From Narcine bancroftii (Eukaryota), in assembly GCF_036971445.1 (NCBI RefSeq), contig NC_091481.1, forward strand, positions 72,912,001 through 72,976,000: a stretch of DNA of 64,000 nucleotides, given 5' to 3'. The notes below the pieces were generated by a model. It was not told where the DNA came from and made no database searches. It saw only the letters and a program-made list of their open reading frames with translations. Shown one piece after another: positions 46,617 through 60,237 of the stretch (position 1 is the stretch's first letter; each line of letters begins with the position of its first letter). Made by a program: the position numbers and the translations under genes.

Positions 46617-46937
46617 AAACCCAGACATTGGCCCCAACAAACCGCCCCCATGCCCCGGTTTCCATGGAATGTTCCAAGCAGATTAAACAGCTTGGCTGGA
46701 TCATCTGAAGCAGCAAGTGAATCGCGACAAATTGTAGTGGTGACATTCTCCTGGGAATTTGAAACAGTTCTGGAATTTCATGGCAATTGGACATGGATAG
46801 TTGGAATTACTGCCCTGACCCCAGAGAGTATCAAGGGTTTCCAGCTGGTCCACACCACCACTCAGCATGGGCAACGAATGCAAGCTGCAAAGCCAGGATT
46901 TGTCATTGTCACAGTTCTTCAATTAGGCACCAGATGG

Positions 46938-47185
46938 TGAACAGTGTCCCTAACGCAGTCCCACACAGGGTTAGACCGTAACCACAGTCCTTAACATTGT
47001 CCCATACAGGGTTAGACCATAAACACAGTCCCTAACACTGTCCCACTTGGGGTCAGAGTGTGCATGCTGTCACTAATGCAGTGCCACACAGGGTCAGTCT
47101 GTGAACACGGTCCAATAAAGTCAGGCTGTGAACGCTGTCTCTAACACAATCCCACACAGCGTCAGACCATGAACACTGTGTGACA
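46938..47185. repeat. Degenerate tandem repeat, about 41-bp unit (GAACACAGTCCCTAACACTGTCCCACACAGGGTTAGACCGT)
   Basis: Five to six imperfect copies visible. Confidence 0.7.
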
Positions 47186-48781
47186 GAGTATATAGAAATG
47201 TTTTTGGTCCTCTGGGCTCTTAACAACTGTCCCTCATAGCTGTACGCAAGATAAGACAAATTCTAATTCCCCTATTCTATATTCATATCCACTGCTATGG
47301 GAGACTGCAAGGTGGACAGGGATCTCAGGCACATACTGTATACCTATCTATGAAACTCTGCTCCCACAGGACACACTGATTCTTACCTGGATATCTCCGA
47401 AGAACAATACCTTTGTAGACAGGTTTTCTACGGGTGCCTGGGCACAGGTAAACATGCTGCAGGAGGACCACTGTGTTCTCTGACATTTACTGTTTCTCTG
47501 TGGAAGACAAGGTGACTCACACTTTATGACCTCTTCATGGCATCTCTTCTGCAAATCTCTGCCACTTTCCCCAATCTGCCCTTCACCCCAGCGTCAGGGG
47601 TCACAGAAACACTCAAAAGAACCAACTCAGTGAGGAGCCCATAACTTCTCAGGCAGTGATTTGTCAGCTTGGCTGCCTTTCCAGGAGGACATCCAATCAT
47701 TGACTGGATTTGTACCTTCAGCACAACTTCCTCCTCAACTTCAGAGGTTCCCACTGCCTCAATTTGTAGCTGGTCATAGGTCACCATCGCAGAGACTGGG
47801 CACAGACTGGGACATCGATTCGTTGAGCACCTCGGTTCTGTCCGTCACAATAGTGTGGATCTCCCAATGCCCACCCATTTCAATTCCCCATCCCATTCCC
47901 TATCCGATGTGTCTGTCCATGATTTCATGCACTGCCAGACTGAGACCACCTGCAAACTGGAGGAACAACATGTCATCTTTTGTCTGGGCACTCTCCAACT
48001 AGATGGCATTAACCACTTCTTGGGTTTCCGTTAAACCACCCCCTTCTTCTTTCCCCTTTTGTCTTTCCCCCAGCTCTCTCCCCTTTTCTCTCTATCCCCT
48101 TTTACAGAACTAAAATCAATTATCACCTTTCCTCTTATCATATCCAATTAACACATTTTGGTTGTTGGTGTGGACTCCTCCCCCTGCATTATCCAGGCAC
48201 CTTCCTGCTTTTTGCTTATACCTTGAGGAAGGCCTCAGGCCTGAAATGTCGGTAATATATCTTTACCTCCTATGGACACTGCAAGAACGGCTGAGTTCCT
48301 CAAGCGTCTGCAGACTTCTGTGTTTCCACAGACCATCAAAGTGCTATGCTTCCTGGCAGCATTCACGATCCATTCATCCTGAGAAGCAAAAAACCGTCGG
48401 ACATTTCCAGTGGCTGCCAATGCCAAAAGGATGGATTCTGAGAGAGAAGGTTGCCCTGATCAGCCCTTCCCCTTCTTGTCAGAAAAGACTCACAGCTGCA
48501 GAGCATCAGCATAATGACAACAGTTGAAGGTTTGAGCTGTTCAGGATGTAACCACACCCTGTACAAAAACCCTCTGCAGAATTCACCAAACGAGTGATCC
48601 ATAGACAACAGCTGGAGCCAGAGGAAGAAGAAGGAGCCCTGGTCCCAGCTTATCCAGTCCTAGTTCAAGTTCATTGTCATTTCACTACCTATTTAGTCGA
48701 AACAGGGAAGGTGGCTGATGAATTTCTACAGCCTTATATTCAATTGGGGCTGCACAGTTGCGGGGACAAAAAGGAACTCTA

Positions 48782-49940
48782 GTCACGTTATGGTAATCGG
48801 ATTGTACAAGAACAACCTGCCAAAACATGTAGACGCACACCCAGACAGACCAACAATACATGCAGGGCAAGTATTTCATCCATACAAATAAGTAAATAAA
48901 TTTTGTTTCACAAGTATGAGCGTCTCGGAGGGTTAGTGTGAGCAATTCCTTTGGTTGTTCAGCATTCTCACTCCCCATGGGAAGAAGCTGATCCTCAGCC
49001 TGGTGGTGTGGCTCTGATCCTTCTGTGTTTCTTCCCTGAACGGAGCAGCTAAAAGATGCTGTGTGCAGGGGGGGAAGAGGTCCTCAATGATTTTGCACAC
49101 TCTCTTCAGACAGCGATCCCGGTAGATCATGCCGACGGGGGGAGGGAGATTCCAATGACCCTTTCTGCTACCCTTATAGTCCTGTGTATTGACCTCCAAT
49201 CCATTTCTTTGCAGCAACTGTACCACATTGTGATGCAGCCAACCAGGAGCTTAATAGAGCTCCTATAGAAAGTTGACATTACGATGGCCACAGTGCTAAT
49301 TTTTTCGGTGCTGGAGCTCACCAAAATGATGACAAGGAGGTCTCCTGAGGCCTGCCCTTGGTGGTCGCATTGTAGAATTGACAGCGAACTGTAGGACGAC
49401 TGGTTGTGGAAGAAACAGGTATGTCCAGAATAGAGAATAGTGCTCAGCAGCGGTGAGGGGGGGTGGGGTTGGGAACAGCTCTGAAACGGCCTGATGAGAT
49501 GCCGGAGCAATGCTCCAGTGAGCTCCGGCAGCACTGCACCCCTGACCTTGCCTGCTTCAGTATCTCAGGAAGTGCAGTTGCTGTTGAGCCTTTACTGACA
49601 ATTGAGGACATGTTGAGTGTCTATGATAAGTCACTAGTTAAGTGAACTCCAAGGAACTTGGTCTCCTTTCTCTTCTACAGAGTGGTTGATGTGTAGTAGA
49701 GGGTGGTTATTCCTGGTCTTCCTGAAGTGAATGATCATCTCTTTCACCTTGTCCACTTTGAGACTTAGGTTGTTACTTTCATGCCATTTCATGTGATTTT
49801 TCACCTCTTCTCTGTAGTGTGATTCATCGTTGGGCTGATGAGACCAACTACTGTTGTGTCTTCTGCACTGTTGAAGCTGGACCTGGTGATGCAGTCGAGG
49901 GTCAGTAACGTGAACAGGAGCAGGCCTGTCTCCTTCATAC
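48782..49940 (-). mobile_element. Rex/Babar-type LINE fragment with a small TIR element inserted at 49291-49536
   Basis: AEDTTVVGLIS...NNLSLKVDKVKEMIIHFRK...GCITMWY motifs. Other Rex pieces 54290-54520(-), 57930-58920, 62190-62720(-). Confidence 0.78.
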
Positions 49941-50780
49941 CGAGACACCTCTCCTGAACAACAATGTGCTCTTTGCACAATTGAATCACAAACACCAGTA
50001 TAACAGACCCAAGAGAGTCCATGTGATTCATGATTATTTGAAAAGTAAGGTCACATCAACATGTTTCAAATCCTTATAGCTTTCTATTTGATGGTAAATA
50101 TGTGTTGCCAATCACTATCTTAGCTATGAGTGAGTCAACATAATGATTAAACTAAAAGGCTCAAGCCTGAAATGTTGGTAATGTACCTTTATCTTTGCTG
50201 AGTTTCCCCAGCTTTATGATTTTATTATTATGATTATATTTTCTTTCATTGAGTAAAGGAGAGGCACATTGGCACTGTTAGGTAATGATGAGAAATCCCT
50301 CATGAAACTCCTTGGGTTTCCTTAACACATTGCAACAATTGACCATTTCCAGTGGTACTTGTGTTCTATGTGATCCAGAGAAGTTCAATCTTACCTGCAA
50401 CTTTTAACAAAGTGATCAGATCAACTAAACGTGTTTGCAAAAAGCAATAGTTTGTGTTTATACTTCCTCATCCAACCCTATCCCACTTATTCCAGCTTGG
50501 GAGGGATGGAGCTGAGAGAAAAGACACATTTTCCATCTCACCTCCCTCATTTTTCTCTGCCTTTCCAGGATTCTTCGTCTCAGCCATGACCACGAATGAC
50601 TCTTGCAAGAACAAAACTGACAGAGAATGAATCACAAGGTAGGAATCAATGTTGCTTCTGCATCTTGGACAACCAAGGCTTCAGAGAGCATTAACTGACT
50701 TCTCCAGTTTCTGCTAACCTACTTCCTGTTCTCCCTCCCTTCCCTTTCCCTTCAGCTCTCCAGGTTGAAAGTGGATTTCG

Positions 50781-51212
50781 GGACAGAGTGTTTAGATGGA
50801 CAGGATAAAGGTGTTTATCAGGGCAGAGTCTTTAGATGGGCGGGATGGTGGATATCAGGGCAGGGTGTTTAGATGGGCAGGGTGTTTAGATGGGCAGGGT
50901 GTTTAGATGGGCAGGGTGTTTAGATGGTCAGGGTGTTTAGCTGGGCAGGATGGTGGATATCAGGGCAGGGTGTTTAGATGGGCAGAGTGTTTAGATGGGC
51001 AGGGTGTTTAGATGGGCAGGGTGTTTAGATGGGCAGGGTGTTTAGATGGTCAGGGTGTTTAGATGGGCAGGATGAAGGTGGATATCAGGACAGTCTTTAG
51101 ATGGGTGGGATGAAGGTGGATATCAGGGCAGGATGTTTAGATGTTCAGGGTGTTTAGATGGGCAGGATGAAGGTGGATATCAGGACAGTCTTTAGACGGG
51201 CGGGATGAAGGT
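50781..51212. repeat. 17-bp minisatellite (GTGTTTAGATGGGCAGG)
   Basis: Directly visible, with interspersed ATGGTGGATATCAG variants. Confidence 0.93.
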
Positions 51213-53559
51213 GTACACTGACACAGACCACATATGGATGGGATTAGTGCAGGTGGATACACGAGGGGCAGTATGGATGCTGTAGGACTGTGGATCCAGA
51301 GTGGTTGGAACTGGAGCACACAGCCTGCCTTGGTGGAGCAAACAGCTAATCTCATCTCATTGAAGAAGTATCCAGACAAGTTTTGTATGGCCAAAATATA
51401 ATAGGCTATGGACCAAGTGCTGCAAGTGGGATTAGTATGGATGGTTCAGCACTGACCTGCTGGCTGAAGGGTCTTTCTCTGTGCTGCATAGTTCATGATG
51501 ATTATGAATGCAAAATATTAATGTGGCTCTTCTTCCTGAGAAATGTCTCTCAAAGCCAGTTTATTTTCCCCCGTATACCCTGATGAATTGTGAAATGATT
51601 TGAAATTTTTTGAGTGAATTGATTTTGATAGGAGATAGATCTCCCAATAAGAGCTCCAGACTCCAAACTAAAAACAACCAAATAACAGGCACACGTGTCC
51701 AACAGACTGTCACAAAGAACAGGGAATGTGCTTTGAATCATCTATCAAGTATTAGATTCTCTTTTTTATTCTATGAGAAAGAGGTGAATATATGAGAGAA
51801 AAGTGCTGTGGGATATACAGTATGAAGTTCAGGGTTTGAATCAGTCAAAGGGTGGACTACTAACGGGGTTGCCTTAACAGTACCCCAGTGAGTGAGAGTC
51901 AGTACCATCAGGAACTGAACCCCAGGGAGCATATTCTGGAGTTACGGGAGAGTCTGTGCCTTCAGGAACTTGTGCCACTGCAAAACACACCTCAGTTAAA
52001 CTCCATTTTATGTAATAGTTTTACAAATTCTACAAAATAACTATTTTGCAGTTTGCAGTGCTCTTTCATGATGTTTCTTACATCTGGATGAATTCTGAAT
52101 AAACTATGGATCATCCTATCCAAATTGTGTTTCTTTACACACAGAGCATTCTCAATAACTGTGAACAGTATATTTTGTTTTACAATGTATATTCTTTAAG
52201 ATAAACAGCGTGGTATGTAACAGTTGGCCAGATTCTTGAAAAGAGTGATTTGACACTTTGCAGTGTTTCTATTTCTTGATTCTCTGGGAGAGTCAGCACC
52301 AGCAAGAACGGTTACCCCAAAGGGAGTCAACCAGTGTCCAAAAACTATCCCCAAAGTATTTTCAGCATTCTGGATCTGTACCCCAGGGCAGCTTCAAGGA
52401 TTGCACTGAGGGAGAATTCACACCTTAGATTTAACTGTTCTCCAGGGTGATTCTGCAGTCTGTGTTTACTCCTGCTGTTCCGCCACTGAGAATCTCAAAT
52501 ACAAAATATGAGTACTGTACGCCTAGCTGGGGAAAGAAATGAGTTGTACAGAAACATGCTTCACTGTTTAATACAACAATTGCAGTCTTTGATTCCAATT
52601 TCTAGCAAACAGGATTTTGTGCCTTTGTGCATTGTCATTTGACTTTACTGGGTGCAGTTACTCCCACCCTGAGCTGACCCGCAGCCTCAGTCAAATAGTG
52701 CATGCATGACCTTTGTATCTCAGGCAGTGCTGTACTGAATATTGAATCCAGGCTTCTGTTTCCTGACTCCCAGTTCCACAAACCCCACTCTAGCCAGACT
52801 TTAGACCTCACCACATTACCATTCGATCAGAGCAGCCGGGAATGTAATCATTGTGTCAAGGAGCACTATACCGGTATTTGGTCAGGGATCATGGCCAGAA
52901 TGCAGGACCTTAGAACAGCTGGAAGAAAATCTGGGACAAGCTGTTTGCATTATATGGTGTCGAGACTCAAGGTATCATGGAGAGACGCTGTTTAGTTTGG
53001 TTGTATACGTACAGTCAGATAATAATGAACTTGAACAACAAGCTTGCCTTCCCCATCTCAATATCTTCCAAAATTCATCGTGCCACTACCTTAGCATAAA
53101 CTTATTATAGGGAGGAAGGAAAGGAGAAAACAAGAAGTAAAATATCAGTCTGCACACACCATAGTTAAGTAAAAACACAATGTTGGAGAAACTCAGCAGG
53201 TCAAACATTGAACTTAATATAGCAAAGATAAAGGTGCATAACCAACGTTTAGGGCTTCAGCCCTGCATCAAGGTATGACAAAATGTCAACAGACGTTCAA
53301 ACAAAATGGTGGGGGAGGGGCAGGGGGGAGGAGCATAGTCTCAAAGGCAGGAGGGCACACCAGCAAACAGGGGGCGGAAGGGGAAGAGGGCAAGAATATT
53401 GAATGCAGAGGAAGGAGGAGTGAGGTGGAGGGAATGAGAGGTTGAAGACTGGTATAGAGCAGGTATAACTCCATCCTGAAGTAGAGTTTCAGTTCAAGAC
53501 GTCAACCATTCTTTCTATCCTACTGATGCTGCTCAACCTGCTGAATGTTGTTTGGCTTC

Positions 53560-53852
53560 TGTGGTGCACTGTTTGACAGAATCAGGCACACACAAGGTAA
53601 AGACTGTATAACAGGCTTTAATCCACAAAGACTTCCACAGAGCCAGGCTGGCTGTGGCTGCAGCAACTCAGTGTGAGGCCTTGGGAGGCCAAAGCAGGTT
53701 TATAATCCCGGAGGATGATTGACACCCGATCGGGTGGGGCTTGATCCATTCAGGCTGACTGATTGGCAGCCAGCCAGATGTTGTCCTGTCCCCTTACATT
53801 CTTGCAGGTACAGAGGTTTCTCCCTGCAGTAGGCTGGTGGTGCACCACCACA
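53560..53852 (-). mobile_element. Solo LTR, 293 bp
   Basis: TGTGGTG...CACCACA inverted termini, 5-bp TSD GCTTC (53555-53559, 53853-53857); TATA and ATTAAA on the minus strand. Confidence 0.85.
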
Positions 53853-54529
53853 GCTTCAGATTCCATTATTTACAGTTTCTTGTGTATCTCCAGAAATAAC
53901 AGGAATGATCCAACGTTGAGGGAGGGGATGGGGGTCTGATCCTCAAAGGAAGGTGTACAAACTGTAAGGAGTTTGTATGTTCTCCCTGAGCCTGTGTGGG
54001 TTGTCCCCATGGTTTCCTCCCCCGTTCAAAATGTACCAGGGTGCAGGTTAATTGGGTGGCATGGATTCATGGGCTGAAATAGCCTGTAACCGGGCTGTAG
54101 AGAATTTATTAAGCCAAATCAAATTCTACATTATTCATTAATGTTTGAGAGAGCTATCTCAACCATTGGTTAAATGGATGCAGAGTGAATTTAAATCAGA
54201 ATCAATGTGAGGTTGAGGAGCCAGGACTTCAAAGAGAGGGGCTTTGAATGCCAAGAACCTCAGGTTGAGTCTGTGAGAGTGATTGTTCAGATTTCATATT
54301 GTTAGAGTACATACATGACATCACATACAAGCCTAAGATTCTTTTTCCTGCGGGCCAGGCAGAATTACCTCCAACGGTAGTGCAAACAAAAACTGTACTC
54401 AACATTCACATGTAAGCAAATAAAGAAATGTAAACAAACTGCAATACAGAGAGGAAAAAAAATCAATAAAGTGCAAAGTAAGAGTCCTTAAATGAGTCCC
54501 TAATTGAGTTTGTTGTTGATCAGTAAAGT

Positions 54530-54909
54530 TGTCATCCTTCAGTGCCTCTGCGTTCGTGTTCAAATTTGGAAATTATAAAAATTCTTGACATTTGACATTG
54601 CTCCAATAGAGCTTTTAAAGAAAATAAACAATGGCTTCCTTATCCTGCAAGGTCTTGTTCAAAAAATTGAGTTTGTCAAAGATATCTGCCAGATAAAATA
54701 AGTCCCCCTTTGCATCATTCTCATTCCAGAATCTGGGATAAGCCATGTTAAGAGTGTTATTCTCTTCGATTCCTCTGATTGTAAAGAGAATTTATTGGAT
54801 TGTAATGAAATAATGAATTGATTTTCAATGTCCTCTGCCATCTCATCAGTTCTTATAGAAACAGTGGAATTATTGAAAGGAATTGCCTGAATAGTTTCTT
54901 TGGCATTTA
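54530..54909 (-). mobile_element. hAT (Buster/Charlie, ZBED5/SCAND3-like) transposase remnant
   Basis: AIPFNNSTVSIRTDEMAEDIENQ...KFSLQSEES resembles IPLSNNTVxRRIDEM...FSLQxDES. Confidence 0.7.
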
Positions 54910-57002
54910 AGTTCTGACTGTGAGAGCTCTGGGTGTGGGGCAAGTCCACAGCCTAGTGGCTGTCATCATAAAGGTCCCGGGAGTCACAGCATCCTTGGGT
55001 TCCAAGGGATTTAAGTGCACACGAGAGTTCTATTAAAGTCAGTTGATTCATCTCGCTTTTGACTCTGCATGGCTCTTTTGCTCGCTGCATGCTTAGTGTG
55101 ACTACATTAGTGACCCCGACGGTTGGCATTCTGGACCTCGCAGCCGCAGGTCTGGTTTGAACAGGTTGAAGCCCAATTCCAAGTCAGGGAAATCATCTCA
55201 GACAACACAAAGTACTACTATGTGGTCGGCTCACTTGACCAGGAAATAACAGGCCGCATGATCGACTTCCTGCACCAGCCACCATTTGTGGTCAGCTATG
55301 AAACAATCAAGGTGCTCCTGATCTGTACTTTTGGCCTCTCCAGTCACGAGCATGCAGTGCAGGTGCTCCACATGGACAGCCTAGGTGACCGCGTACCATT
55401 GGCCTTAATGCCACCTGTCATACATCTCGGAGTATATGACCACCATCAAATACATCTCCGGGAAAAACAACATCATGGCCAATGCACTGTCTCACACCTC
55501 CATCCATTAGTGTATTCCCTGTCCCCAGGGTTCAACTATGTGGCACTCGATGAGGCACAACAGCTGGATGAAGAAATGCCAGCACACAGCATTCTTGGGC
55601 CTGCAACTTGAGGACATCCCCATTGGCCCAACAGGCAGCAAGCTCCTCTGTGACATGGACCTGGCCCATCATTCCAGTAGCTTGGAGGCATCACATTTTC
55701 AACGCACTACATGGTTTTGCCCACCTATCCATTTGGGCAACCATCCAACTGGTGGTGGATAGATTTGCTTGGCATGGCCTACGCAAGCAGGTCGGGTATG
55801 GGCCAGGGCATGCATATGTTGCCAGACCTTCAAAGACCAAAGGCATGTGAAGGTTCCCCTTCATCCCTTCCAGCCAACACAAAGGAGATTGAGCATGTCA
55901 TTGTGGACATTGTCAGTCCACCGCCATTCTCCCAGGGAGCAAGGTACCTGTTCACTATTGTTGACAGATTCACCAGGTGGCCAGAAGTCATACTGCTTGC
56001 TGACATGTCCACAGACTCCTGCGCCAGAGCCCTCATTGCAAGTTTTGGCCTGCCTACCAACACCTCAGATGGGAGGAGGTCACAGTTCACATGTGGTTGG
56101 TGCTGGCACAGCTACTTGGGACCCAGCTGCAACACAACCCAGCCTACCATCCACAGTCCAATGACCTGGTAGAGCGTTTCCATCTGTACCTGGAGTTGGC
56201 CCTGATGGCACACTTCCAAGGCCTAAATTGGATGGATAAGCTCCTATGGGTGCTTCTTGGCATCTGCATGGCTCCCAAAGAAGACTTAGCCACATCTTCG
56301 GCAGAGTTGGTATACAGCGCCCTCATGACGATTCCAGGCGAGTTTGTGCCAGCGGCCTGTGGCAAAGAGGAGACATCCACACAGTGCTCACAAGACTCTG
56401 AGAGATGGTAGGAACACTAGCTCCTGTCCCAACCTCATGCCACGGTCTGACACCTTCCTTTGTCCTCAAGGACCTCCGGGACTACGGCTACGTCTTCAAC
56501 TGCAGAGGAATCCACCAGACTCCACTCCAGTAGCCATACGTGGGCCTGTATAAGGTGGTGCGTCAGAACGGAATCATGTGCATCCTTGACATGAGCGGCC
56601 ATGAGGAGACCTTCACCGTTGACCGCTCCTACACCTGGAAAACACCCTGTGACTGTGACACCCCTATGCCGACAAGGTTGGCCACTCAAATGGAATAAAG
56701 AGCTGTTGAACGTGGATTCCACACCTCCTAACGCTGGTTCTGGGGGATGGGGTCATGCGGCGGCTCGCCCACACAACAGAAAAACCACCTCACGGAGTTG
56801 CGGCAGTTCTGACTGTGAGAGCTCCATGTGCGGGGCAAGCCCACAGTCTGGTGGCTGACGTTATGAAGGTCCCAGGAGTCACAAGCGTCATCAGGTTCCG
56901 AGGGATTTAAGCACATGTGAGAGTTCTATTCAAGTCAGTTGGTTCAACTCACTTTCGACTCTGCGTGGTTCTTTCTCTCACTGCGTGCCTAGTTCGACTA
57001 AA
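54910..57002 (+). mobile_element. Ty3/Gypsy LTR retrotransposon, internally deleted and decayed
   Basis: 5' LTR (truncated) 54910-55106, tRNA-Trp-type PBS TAGTGACCCCGACG, gag FW..QPQVWFEQVEAQF, frameshifted integrase (zinc finger, YLFTIVDRFTRWPE, AYHPQSNDLVERFH), PPT 56742-56752, 3' LTR 56756-57002. Confidence 0.88.
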
Positions 57003-59517
57003 ACAATGCATTCTTCGATAAAAGCTAGCAGACAGAGACGTAGATTCACTACCCCTAATGAAAACTTGAATCAAATTGAGGCCGCTTGCAGATGTGAGAA
57101 ATATGGAACAAAACTTTTTGGCCTGCATGCTTATTTCCTGGAATTGAAGCAGGATAGAACAAAAGAGGAAAACTACATAGAAGGCAATTCATGGCTAAAA
57201 CTGGTTCCATGTTAGTCAAACACAATCATGTCGAATCAAGAAACACTCTAAAAACATTGTTAATTTTCTACATTTATCTAGGTAATTCTAGGCTGTCTCC
57301 AAATGCCTCCAATCTTGAAAAATTCTTATGTTGCTCAGAAAACATACAAGAAAGCCCAGCAGCAGTCCTTTCCTTCCCCAAATATGTTTAATCCATTCAG
57401 ATTCCATGCCCCCTGTCAGTCAGTGGCTCCCCATGGGGACAGTTTGGCCCCTGTTGAGAATGGCTGGTCTGGGGATCCAGAGACTGCTGGGGAGTGAATA
57501 TTTTTCGGTCCCATCACTCTCTTGGGCCTCTGCTCTCCATCCCAGTCAAGTGGAGTGGAACCGGGAATTTAATCTGGATGAGGAGATCCACAAGATTAGA
57601 TCTTGACTGGATTTGGAACACATTCCTCTTTTCCACACAGAGATGAGAATGAACTGTACTACAGTATTGCCAAGGTGGTGTGTGAAGTTGGTGCAGAGTT
57701 TTGTGAGACCTGCTCAGCTTTGCCTAAGACTATCTGATTGGACATAGTGATGAAATGTGGTGACATTGCTTGCCTCACAGTAACAAGGACTCGGATCCAA
57801 TCCTGACCACGGCTGCGGTCTGCGTGGAGTTAGCACATTCTCCGTTTAACCATGTGGGTTTCTTTCAGTTTCCTTCCTCCATTAAATTGAATTGCTATCC
57901 CAGGCCAGTCAACTCATATTTAAGTACAACATGTAGTACAACAGTAAAACACAAGTGCCAGGGTGTGGTGGATCCCAAAAGTGTGCAGGTTGGTAAAAGG
58001 TTTAAAAGTTCCTTTTATTGTACATAATACATTAAAAATATAACATACATGGTATACTTCAACAGTTGTCTCCTGTAAGGCAAACAAAAAGTCACTGTGA
58101 GCATTGCCTAGTGCCCCTAACAATGGGAGAAAGATAAGAAAAAGAGAGTCCCCCCCAGAGTCACTGAGGGTCCATGGATTTGCCTCCACCATTCCCTCAC
58201 CTCTGAAGTTGTTCAAATTATTGGCAAACCGAGCTCCAGAACCAAACCTCCGATGTGATCAGGAAGTCTTCAGTGCTCAAGGTCCTTTAGCAGCCCTTCT
58301 TGGCCCTCAACATCTCCTCACTTGTCAGGAAGGTGCAACAGCAACTGCACTTCCTGAGAAGACTGAAGTGGGCAAGGCTTCTGGCCACCATCATCTCAAC
58401 TTTCTACAGGAGCTCTATTGGGAGTGTCCTGGCTGGCTGCATCACTGTGTAGTTCTGTAGAGAACTGATTGGAGGTTAATCCACAGGACCATAAGAGTGA
58501 CAGAATGGATCACTGGAATCTCTCTTCCAACCCTCCTCCCCCCGTCGACATGATCTACCAGGATCGTTGTCTGAAGAGGGCTTGCAGTCACTGAGGACCC
58601 CTTCCACTCTGCACACAGCATTTTTCATGGGGAAGAGGTACAGGGGTATCAGTTAGCACCATCAGGCTGAGGAACAGCTTCTTCCCATGGGCAGTGAGAA
58701 TGCTGAAGGACCAAAGGAACTGCTCACACTGACCATCTGAAACGTTACTATTTATTTTAACAATATTTATTTATTTTTATATAATCTATAAATGTACTGC
58801 ATGTGTATTGTCTGTACGCATGTTACACCTGGTTGTGTATCTGCGTGTTTTGCAGCGAGGACTGGAGAACGCTGTTTCATCAGGTTGTTCTTGTCAATTG
58901 GATGTTGATCACCTTGAATTTGCCCTCAGCACCCTTTCAAATCCCAGTTCTGATACCTGGTTCCCATGTCCGTCTCCAGCAGCCCACAGCCTTTGTGAGT
59001 CCTTTGACTGGGTATCACCAACAGCCCACAGACTGCGTGAATCATTGGACCACAAATCACCAAAAATCCTTGGCATTGTGGAAGGTTAAATGGCTGATAT
59101 AGGAGCCCAAGTGTGCGGGTGAGTGGCAGAACATTTAGGGGAATATGTGGGGAAAAGTTACAGAATGTGATGAGTGTTGTCACTGGTTGATGATGCAGAA
59201 CCAATGGCCAGAAGACTCTTCTCAGTGCTGTAGGGTTCCCTGCAGCACTCCCACTCCTCAGTTTATTTGTCACAAAATACCAGTGAGAAGGGTTCTGCAA
59301 ACAGTCTTAACAGCTTCTTTTTATGAAAAGGAAGATCAGTTAGTTCCAAGCTAGGGCAGCATGAGAGCACTGTATGGGCATCAGGCCTGCGGAGAGGTTG
59401 TCTTTGAGCCTGTTGATGCACACTTTCACACTCTTAAGCCTTCTCCCTGATGGGAGGAGCGGGAAGAGAATGTGTCCAGCGTGTGATTAGTTTTTCAGTG
59501 TGTTGTCTGCCTTTCCT

Positions 59518-60237
59518 TTTTTTTAAATTTAATTTTTTTTTCACACTATGAACCATATTATCCAAAATACACACAAACATTTCCCTCTTGAATATACACA
59601 GTGTCATTTTCTCCCCTTTTTACCCCCCTCCCTTCCCACCCTCCTTCCCACCCCCCTCCCTACCCACTAAACATTCAACATATAAAATATAATAAACCCA
59701 TTAAACAATGTCATCACACAATGAAAATAAACAAGAAAATTGTGTCATCTTCTTTTACACACTGGGTCAGTTCATTTCATCTTCTCATTCTATCATTTTA
59801 GGGTTTGGAGGTCTGCAATAGGCCCTCTCTGTTATGTTCCATGTATGGTTCCCAAATTTGTTCGAATACTGTGACTTTATTTTTTTAATTATATGTTATT
59901 TTTTTCCAATGGAATACATTTATTCATTTCTATGTACCATTGCTGTACTCTCAGGCTCTCTTCTGATTTCCAGGTTGATATTATACATTTTTTGCTACAG
60001 CTAAGGCTATCATAATAAATATTTTTTGTGCTTTATCCAAATCGACATCTAGTTCTTTACTTCTTATATTACTTAGAAGAAAGATTAGATTTTTTGGTAT
60101 GTTGCTTTTTGTGATTTTATTTAATACCTGATTTAGATCTTCCCAAAACTTTTTCACTTTCTCACATGTCCAAATTGCATGTACTGTTGTTCCTGTTTCC
60201 TTCTTACAGCGAAAACATCTATCTGATACTGTTTTTC
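59518..60237 (-). mobile_element. L1/Tx1-clade LINE 3' fragment
   Basis: SDRCFRCKKETGTTVHAIWTCEKVKKFW (CCHC finger); homologous to 1-580. Confidence 0.8.

Noticed and set aside
47340-48780. Several AG/GT-flanked segments on both strands
   Set aside because: No recognisable peptide, conflicting strands, no consistent phase chain.
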